Shown: piece by piece, positions 54,782 through 64,000 of the stretch
How positions within the stretch are numbered: the stretch's first letter is position 1
Layout of the letters: every line of letters begins with the position of its first letter
NCBI GenBank assembly: GCA_030141605.1
Contig: JAQGDQ010000144.1
Location: 372,001 to 436,000 of the forward strand
Length of the DNA stretch: 64,000 nucleotides
Reading direction: 5' to 3'
DNA from: Tubiluchus corallicola
Lineage: Eukaryota > Animalia > Priapulida
Position numbers and translations under genes: made by a program
Notes under the pieces: generated by a model
What the model was told of the DNA's origin: nothing
Database searches by the model: none
The model's input: only the letters and a program-made list of their open reading frames with translations

Positions 54782-55200
54782 ATAGAAAAGTGGTTAATAG
54801 TCGAAACTGTCCAAATGAGAGCTTTCAACATGTTACCGGAACTAATGAACTTGACGTATGAAAGTCAGTTAAAACGAATAGGTTTAACTACATTAGCTTT
54901 TAGACGTTTACGTGGCCAACTAATTGATATATACAAATATGTATCTGGAGTTTACAGCTGTGATGATTGTCCTGTTAAATTAGAAGTACATCGTACAGCA
55001 AGATCAGGTCCTATTCTTCATAAATCAAGAACTGCACACAAAACTGGTAAATACGACTATTTTTCTTGTACGATGCCAGAAATCTGGAATAGATTGCCCT
55101 GTGATGTGAGAACAGCAACATCTGTAAATTTATTTAAATCAAAATTAGATAGACACTAGGAACATCATCCATTGAAATTTAATCACCGTGCTAATTGGAA
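54782..55200 (+). mobile_element. CR1-type LINE ORF2 3' fragment
   Basis: VQMRAFNMLPELMNLTYESQLKRIGLTTLAFRRLRGQLIDIYKY...WNRLP...SVNLFKSKLDRH, the typical CR1 ORF2 C-terminus. Confidence 0.85.
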
Positions 55201-55429
55201 CATGCCTATAACAAGGATGCTGGATTACATATTATAGTGAGAAAACTTGCCAGTGGAGTCACCTAGGTGTTGATGACAATCTATTAAATGTGCAATTTGT
55301 CGCAATTACAGTCGAAGAACTATTTGTCTCAAAAGTTATATTATAACTACTGGAGATTTACTACTACTACTACTACTAAAAGTGGTTGTTTATTATGGTG
55401 GTACTGGATAGTAAATTTTGATAGTTGGG

Positions 55430-56433
55430 CAAAACTGGCAGTACGGTGTGGTACAAAAGAAACTTAAAAGTACAGTACGGTGCGGTACAGTATGAAATTA
55501 CGTACCTTTTCCGTACCATTTGTACGTACCGGCTCTTGTACTTCGTTTTTTATTGGTCAGCAAATTAGCATGACGACTTGTTTTGCCTCATGGGTAGGGG
55601 CTTAATGTTCTCCCCTAGTTATCATAAATTGGTTGCTTTGGATGAAAAAGCAACAAGTTGTTTAGAAGCGTCGGTTGTCATTTCCCATAAATTACCTTAC
55701 CTTTATTGTTGTAGGTATACATACTGGGCATTGTGCTTACCAGGTTTGACACCTGCTCTAACTGCTGTTTCTCAGAATTGTATAAGAATATACTGCTGTG
55801 TACGGTAAAATAGCACGGGTAAAAATAACAAGGTAAAAAATTATGCCTTTTTTCCTGTGCGATTTCTACCTGCTGTGCTGTTTTACCTACGTTTGTTCTT
55901 GTTTCAAAAAATCTGCACAGCTTGAGTGCAACATCTGACTTAAGGATTTGGTTTGCCAACAAAAGAAATTTGATACGTACTAGCCTAACACGTTAACCTG
56001 CGTAGCTTGCGTGGTATAGTTTACAAACGTTTTATGGCAAGACACTAAATTTGAATCATCATTAAAAATTTGTCACTAGTGAGCACGTAATTTAAGATAA
56101 CCATTAAAATCTAGTTAATGACCGCAACTCATAATGTCTGCCACAAAATTATTTATTAAGAAAAAGTAACTCAAACTTATATATCGTGTAACTTTTGTAA
56201 CCTAAAATAATTATCCCATGGTAGTTCTTACAGCAGTTCTGTTTTTATAGTTTGCATAAAGTCATAACAATAGTTGATAAACTTGCGTTTTTACAATTAA
56301 CTTTTATGCTACTCTTTATCTTTTTATAGTAGATCATACATACACTTGGTACGAATTAAGGTAGTACAGTACGATTCGACTATGTAGGTACGGTACGGTA
56401 TTTTTTCCGTGCCATACCGTACTGCCAGCCGTG
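55430..56433. mobile_element. Non-autonomous hAT-type element (1004 bp)
   Basis: TIR core ctggcagtacggtgtggtac versus the reverse complement of the right end, ctggcagtacggtatggcac (18/20). TSD tagttggg / cagttggg (7/8). Subterminal gtacg repeats. Confidence 0.8.
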
Positions 56434-56613
56434 CAGTTGGGTCATTATGAATGATGTAAATTATGAACTTTCTTTGAAGTAAATAGACAAAAGTAAACAC
56501 AAATATTGTGTTTTTTTAAACTGGCAATAATAATATACTGGTATGAATTATAATTTTATGAATTTAATTAAAAGTCATTTGCTTATATAGTTAGACACAA
56601 AGTCAAGTTAAAA

Positions 56614-59600
56614 ATGGCAAACACTACAGAAACACTGACTGTCAATCAAAATATTGAAGAAGAAAATGCCCGTGATATAGCTGATGAAGATAGTACTTAT
56701 CTTATGATGGACCCAGATCATGTACGTATGAATAAACATTGAGCAATGTGAAACTTTTTATGCACTATTATCTTATTTGAACTGATTACATAGTTGTAGC
56801 TTACAATTTAAATTGGGCTGAATTAAATTTGCTGATGCTGTTAAGCCTAGATTCATATGAGATAAACTGTCAAGCACTTTCAGTAGGTTTCATTTTCTTT
56901 CACACTGAATATAATTAGTATGTAAATTTAAAATAAGCGACCATATACAGACTATATATTTTTTGGATGCGAGGACTAGCTGTGTCCAACTGTGCACGTC
57001 TGTAAACTAAAAAATGTCCGGCTGGTTAGTAAATGGATGGGTGATTGCCAGGAGTTATTTAGTGATTTATTTTAGATGATTCCATCTGTCATATTGTCCC
57101 CAGCTTTTTTTCTCCTTGTGGGAGGACTTCTGAATGTATATGTGTGTGTGCATGCATGCACTCATGCGTGTATGTGTGCCACTTCTAATAAATTTTGAAT
57201 TGTTGCATGCATTGTCATATTCTATCTGATATTTTTCATTTAATGTGTTTTTCTACAAAAAGAAAAACTGGCCGAGTTTTTAGTGTAACGCGCTATTTAA
57301 ATGTTCATTTTTTACTTTCAGCCATTAATGAAAAGATTTCAAGCTGCACTGGGAACACAGTTGGAAAAGCAGCATGAAAGCATAAAATTAGAACTAAGAG
57401 AAATGGTAATTATGCGACAACGTTTTGCATAAACAGAGAAATATATATTTATTTTTGTCCTGAAATTCACTGCTGCATAAAATATAATGGACAGTAATTT
57501 AAAGGAAAGTTAGAAAAAAACAACAGTGATGCGTAGTATCTGATCACAAAGGTATAAGTAAATTTGGGAAAGTGAAGAAGAAAGGGTTGCAAAGGATTAA
57601 TTAGTCACAGCTTGTTATCTGCACAAATTTTGAAAACCAGATAATTGAAGTGTAAAATTTTTATTATCATCACATTCAGTACAATTTAGTGCATTCATTG
57701 CATAGCATCATAAGGTGATATCATGTGTTATACTATACATATATATATATGTCAAAGAAATAATTGTACGGCAGTGAACAATGCATTATGCTTCATGCAT
57801 ATCATAATTATTTTTTCTGTTAAGCAAGGTGCGTGTGTAAATGACAAAATGGTCGCACACTATCCTCATGCTACTTAAATGGATTATTGCCAATTTCATT
57901 GTTTTGTCTGTTACTGTATTTTGTTATGTTAAATAAATCTCACAGTTCATAGTTCATAAAACATTAGGGAAACAAAAGCTTATGTAAGCACAAGTGAGTC
58001 TCCAATTAAGCCCATCTGAGTTATCCAGTGGCGCATATAGCTATCTGGATTCCTCACATGATTTGCTCCGTGAAAATTTATTGTTGCTCTCTGTTCTATT
58101 ATGGCAGAGTAGAATCTTGTTTTCAAAAAAGCCTGTGTTTACAGGTTTGATTTCCTTGCTGTTTTGGTAATGCTGACACAATTGTAACAAAAAACCTACA
58201 GTAAACCCAATAAACTTCAACTGCAAGGGTATCATTTTGCATCTCCACGTTTGCTTATGGTAATCATTATGGTTTATTCTGCGTACAAAAATTCTTTATG
58301 CCTGTGCTCCAAGAGAATGCAGTTTTGTACGAACTGTTATAGTAACATTTGTAGTTATCATCAAATATGTTTGCAATAATGCTGGTTATCCAGATATTAT
58401 TAGATAATTAAACAATCTTTAATGTTATAGTATACTAACTGATTGACTATAATGCCATGTGTGCTTATGAATAACACTTTTGTTCTTTATTTAGATTGAG
58501 GCTTTAAGGAACGGAAAACGAGAACGGGAAGACTTGGCAGATCAGCTATATAGTACTCAGCAGGTTTTCCCTTTAAATTTGATTAAGCTAAAAAAGCCTC
58601 AGCTATTTTTTGCAAAAAGTCTTTTATAACAGACCAAATGTGCCTAATATAGAAACATGTGCTCTTGCTGAAAGATAACAATGAGGAGATTAATTTTGCA
58701 GTAAGATGGTTTTCATAGCATATGTTAACAAGCTGTGTTTTCAGGAGCTTGCAAGACAACAGATGCTACTGGAAGCTGAACAAGATGAGTGCAACCGACT
58801 GAGCGAAGAGAGGTCACGCTTTGAGCACAAGGTTAAAGAATTGCAAAACAATCGAAATCAGCTTTTAACAAGTGCCAAACAAAACCGAAAAAGAGGCAAG
58901 GAATATTATTATATTATTTAAGTTACTGATCCTTTCATTAGCTTTGTATGACAACATACAAAGCAAAGTGGGTAAATTTATTGTTGCATTACTAATTAAA
59001 AGTGAAAGGCACAAACTGAAAGCATGTTTTTTACTTGCAGCATTCAAGTTTTTTCCATTTTTACTTCTAATTTGCTTCTTTCACCCATTTTTGCATGAGT
59101 TATGACTGAGTTGTCAATGAAGAACTAAACTACCATAATGATAACCTGATAGGGGCAAAGTACTGAGTTACTGAAACAAGTTTAAATCACATAAAAGAAT
59201 TACATCTATTCCAGAAGTGATCTTGACAAATCACCAACATAAAAATAGCAATCTGCTGCATTATTTTGCATTAGTGCTAGATTGCCTTAATTGAAATTAC
59301 TGCAATTGTCTACAGTACATGTAGTATAACAACATAACACAACTATATTATTACAGCTGCTGAATTGAAACTGGAACTTGATGGATTGACAAATAAGTTG
59401 GCACAATTGGATCGAGGAAAGGATGACGTGCATTCAGACATCATTGTCATGAAACGTGCTGCCAACAAAGCAAATCAGGAACTGTCCAAAGCAGCAAGTG
59501 AAAAACAAAAGCAAGTAAGTCATCCATCCCACTGAGTTTTGTCAGGATGGTGGTGCCTGCCATCTGGTGACACTATATAGTTCTTTATTAGACTCCTCTT

Positions 59601-62600
59601 GTTTTCTGTGAGGTGATCACAGCAGGCTATTAAGCATGTGTTGTCTACTATTATTGTTTATTTTTGCCCATTTGTTGATCAAGAAAAGCCAATGGACCAA
59701 TCAACAAAGCAAAGTTAACTAATATTTTTTCAATTATTTTGAACAATGCAAACTAGTCTTAATTTGAATCTACCTTTTTCTTGCTGCACATTTTCCATGT
59801 GGTAAACAAAACAATTTTGTGATTTTCTGCAACAAAGTTGTTCAACAAAGCTGCTTTGTTACAATATTATCAAGAGTTATAAATTTAGGACAAGGGTTCT
59901 AAAAAATTGTATCAGCTAGAATTTGAACCTAGGTGTTGTGGTATTAGACGATATTTTCTACCTAGGCCAAGCTATCTGCACATGGTTGAAACAGGTCCGA
60001 ATTCTTGTACTAGTGAGTTGGCTTTAGTACACGCAGTCCATCAGAGCCACTTGTCCACGATTAAATGAAACTAATTAATTTATATGCTACCATAAACGAT
60101 ATTATGCTCAATACTGTTAAATATTTTGCATATATTATATTCAGGATCTGCTAGTTAATAAACTGACGGAAAAAATAGAACAGCTGGATGAAGCAATTAA
60201 ACTTTATGAAGCACAATACAAAACCCAAAGTGATGAAACAAAGACCACAAGACAGAATCTAACAGAAGCATATACAGAAATTGAGGTACTTTATAATTTA
60301 TAAACCTCTTCATGTTTATTATAGTTAAGGACTTTTAAGTTTGATTCTAATTTTAACTGAAAATCTCTTTGAGTTTTCCTTTGGGTTTTTTATTACAACA
60401 AAACTTGAGTGAAAATATGGATTTAATTGAGTTAACAGTTTCTCTTAGTAAACGGGAAAGATATTTGCTCATCTAGTTCAGTCACAGTTGCAATGCCCCC
60501 ATATATGCATTATAAAGGCTTTACATATGAAGCGGAACTTGCCTATTTACTAAAATAGCTTTACCATTTATGACTTGCGATGTTTTGAATTGCTGTAGCT
60601 ATTAAAAGTTTTTAAACGTTTTCTTTGCATTGGGCTTGAACTCTTTTGTTAGTTAGATACACGACAAAATTATGATGTTTATATTTAGTTTACTATCAAT
60701 GGAAGCATAAAATCATAATATGTAACAATAACAAGATATAAGTAATATTCACATTCAGTTAGTTAAAAGGCTTAGTAACATTGATATTATTTCATCCTTT
60801 GTAAAGTCGGGAATGAGAAATTCATTACGAGTAGTCCAATATAATGCATAAGAAACGTCAGAATCACTATAATGTTCATTTTCACAAATCATTACTCTAG
60901 AGAAAATAGGATTTTTACCAAAGTAGGTATACCCGAATACTGATTTAGAATGGATATAGAACAGAATAGGCTGAGTGCAGAATTATTAATCTTTCTACAT
61001 AAAGTTTGCGACCGTTTGGCTGCTAGGTTAATAAAAGGTTTAATTTCAGCAATGCAAGGCGTCATGCTAACGTGAGAATTTTTCGGAAGCAACAAAACAC
61101 GGCGTAAAGCATTTCTAAATTCAACGTTTAAAATATTAATGCATTTGTCAGATAAGTTAGAAGTCGAGCAACCATAAAATGAGCAGCAAAATGATTGAAA
61201 CAATTCCAATAAAAAGCATCTATTTGTTATCGATTTAAAAAAGCAAAGCATAGAATTAACACTAGCTATGAAAACATCACGACACCGTGATACATCATTA
61301 ATTGGGTTTAAATCATAAGATAGTGTTTGACGTAAATGACACAACTCATTATACTATTTAAGTGCTATTCCATTAATTTCAATTTTGGGTGCCTGTCCAG
61401 ATACACTTAAATATATTTTGATTTTTGTACATTAAAAACTATGTCATGTTCTGTAGTGTATTGGGCACATATGTTAAGCATTGTTTTCAAGGCAGTAACT
61501 GTAATGGTGAGAAGAGTATCATCGGCGTAACCTAAAAGAGCAGTAAATAAATGTGGCATCCAACTTTAGCATCTTCTAGAGAGATTATTAGATCATTAAC
61601 ATACACTGCAAATAATACACCTGGAAGAATGCTGCCTTGTTTTATTCCATTGGTAGTGGAAAAGATGATTTAGTTTTGTTCCACATAACACACATAGGCT
61701 GATTTAGATATCCATTTAACATAAGGGCAAGAGCAGACTAAGGAGCAAGGGCAAGAGCAGAGCAAGGTAAAGAACATTGTTTTCAAGTTTCTTAAATAGC
61801 GTTAATATATTTACACGATCGAAAGCTTTAGAACAGTCAATTACACAATAGTAAACTGGTGTGTTTTTATTGAGATAAGCGTTTAGTGTCTTTCAGCACA
61901 AGATTGCACAAAATCTGTGGACAGTAGCTATATTTCAGCATTGTATTAAATGTACAAAGAGAGCATTATGTGATTACTGTATAGACCTTTCGTACCATCC
62001 CTTTTACCATACTTCAATTTTGAAACTGCCTCTGCGACATTTCATTAGTAGTTATATAAAACATATAATTGCGGGACTAATTTTTCTTGCAGGCAATTAA
62101 CTTTGAAAAAAAGCAACTATTTTATCAATGGAACACTGCAGTGTTGGGCATGAAGCGAAGGAATGAAGCGTATTTTGCATTACAAGAAGCATTAAGGTAT
62201 CCATTCTGATGTTTTATATATATGTGAATGTTAATAAACCAAAAACCTTTTTTACTTACTTATATATGTGGAAGCAAATTGTTTGTTTCAGTCAGCAAAA
62301 ACAGCACAGCAGAAATTTGGAAATAGAAATCGAAGGTTATAAGAAATCTATAGTCAAAGCAGAGGAAGAGAATGAAAGACTTGTCTATCACATAAACAAG
62401 GTAACAGAAACATATTATGGTCTACCTCCATATCAAAATGTTTCACTATCATGCTGGACTACTAGCAAAGCAAAGCAAGATAAGCAATTAGAGAATTGTT
62501 TGATTTAGTTACAGATGGTGTGACTCCAATTATGTGACGTTTGCATACAAGCTTATCTAAGCATATTAGCTTCAAAATTTTACGACAGCTCTATTTCCAT

Positions 62601-62928
62601 AACGATAATCTTTATTTTTGCAGTTTTGAACATTCAAATTTTTCCTCAATCTTTTAAGTGTTCCAGTACATATTAGTAATCACAAAGTTCTAGTATAAAA
62701 GACCAGTTTCAGAACATTTAGTTATCATTTAAAAATTGAATCCCACATTCCATGTTATGTCAAAATTAAGGTTTTAATTGATTTAAATTTCAGACAGACA
62801 CAGACATTGCACAGTTGAAGAAATCCATAATAAGTACTCAATCAAAACATGAAGCTCTGCAGGTAGAGTTTACCACGTTCTCACGAATACTTCAGGAAAC
62901 TGAGCAAGCACTGGTACACGCAAGTGCG
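56614..62928 (+). CDS. CCDC40: Coiled-coil domain-containing protein 40 (axonemal 96-nm ruler), 5' part; gene continues past the window
   Basis: Phase-consistent exons 56614-56721, 57322-57405, 58495-58563, 58745-58895, 59357-59514, 60145-60285, 62093-62196, 62292-62400, 62794-62928. Motifs MDPDHPLMKRFQAAL, EKQKQDLLVNKL, QWNTAVLGMKRRNEA and EIEGYKKSIVKAEEENERL match CCDC40. Confidence 0.93.
59893..59975 (-). mobile_element. tRNA-derived SINE head, second copy
   Basis: Minus strand has B-box ggttcaaatt; aligns with 8675-8757 (agggtt..aaaaaa...atttgaaccta...tagacg). Confidence 0.5.
60760..61925 (-). mobile_element. Degenerate non-LTR retrotransposon RT region (L2/CR1 group), antisense within a CCDC40 intron
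   Basis: Minus-strand motifs VIDCSKAFDRV, NGIKQGSILPGVLFAVYVNDL, LGYADDTLL; interrupted by frameshifts and a local aagggcaagagcag duplication. Confidence 0.88.
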
Positions 62929-63258
62929 GTAAGTTCATGTGCATTTTATCAAGTTGAAAAATTATGTGTTATTGTCCTTGAGCAAGGCAACACTTTAAAA
63001 CCGTAATCAGATACGAAATTATTACTATTGTTAGTACAAATGAAACATTGCATATGCCCATTACTTACAATGTGAACGACAAAACATACCAAGGAAATTA
63101 ATATTGAAAAAGTTTATTAAAAACTACCCACTGTCAAATTGACACATGCTTTTGATGTTTAATAAAATTTTTGTTGACTTAGTATCTCAATTATCGATCT
63201 ACAATGTTCAACCATCAATTCAATTTATAAATAATGAATAAAATAATTACACAGAGTA

Positions 63259-63984
63259 CAATAAGTCCTCGCTTAACGACCCCCATTTAGCGACGCTGAA
63301 CATTTGACACCTTTTTCTCACTTAACAGCGCATGTTTCATTTTAACAACGATTTCTTTTTACTTTGCTCACGGCCATTCTTATTTTATCAACAACATTTT
63401 TTCCTAATTTGAAGCATTAAAACAGTACATATTGTGTTATTCTGTTCTAAAAATGCATTAGTGACCTAAACAGTGCAATTGTTATAATGCTTTTACTTCT
63501 TGACTGACTAGGTACTCAGTTTTAGCGGCTCTAGCCGTTTTTATCAAGTGAGATCTATTTATATGCCTCCATACACCCCAGTTTGAACTTTATGCCAAGG
63601 AATTTTGTCTGCAACCTAGCTTGTTTGCTTGAACAACCAAATTGTTTCAAGGTCGCTTCATGCAGGCTTCACTTTCACTATGCAGTGTTTAACTGCTAAC
63701 TGTCTTTATACAGGCTTCAACATTAAGAAAAGAGAACAGCTAGCAAGTCTAGCTAGATATTATAAACATATAGGTGGTTTCAAGCAAACAGAAAGAAATT
63801 AATCAGCAGAAATATGAATAAAACCCATAAAATGTTTAATTTGCATGATTTAAGCAGCATTGATTTTTGCTTCTGGAACGTATCTCAATTCGTTTTCGTT
63901 ACTTGGCATGGAAGTCTTAATGACGTTTCGCTTAACATCACGTTTTTCTGGAATGCATTAGTGTCAATAAGCGAGGACTTACTA
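63259..63984. mobile_element. Tc1/mariner (Tigger/pogo-like) MITE, 726 bp
   Basis: TIRs caataagtcctcgcttaacgac / gtcaataagcgaggacttacta with TA on both flanks. Confidence 0.85.
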
Positions 63985-64000
63985 TACTTGTGCTTGTATA

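Overview
AT-rich, intron-rich animal (invertebrate-type) genomic DNA; not prokaryotic. I found no operons or CRISPR arrays, and most entries in the ORF track are artefacts. Splicing by hand, with phase-consistent exons, gives six genes. (1) The 3' part of a whirlin-like PDZ gene (+, 9135-11336). (2) A complete 15-exon raw/olrn-1 homologue with EF-hand-like regions and two nucleoside-2-deoxyribosyltransferase-like domains (-, 15336-26564, ~564 aa). (3) A divergently transcribed 5-exon CARD-linker-death-domain adaptor of RAIDD/CRADD-like architecture (+, 31166-36127, ~366 aa). (4) DNAL4 (-, 40592-43996). (5) An unnamed two-TM protein with three PPxY motifs and a terminal RVxF motif (-, 48169-52987, ~360 aa). 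(6) The 5' part of CCDC40 (+, 56614 to beyond the window), head-to-head with gene 5 across an RFX X-box. Introns and intergenic DNA carry hAT-, Harbinger- and Tigger-type MITEs with TIRs/TSDs, LINE fragments, tRNA- and 5S-derived SINE relics and tandem repeats. The most interesting candidate is the head-to-head pair of the Raw NDT-like gene and the CARD-DD adaptor. All family assignments come from motifs I recognise from memory; no database search was run.
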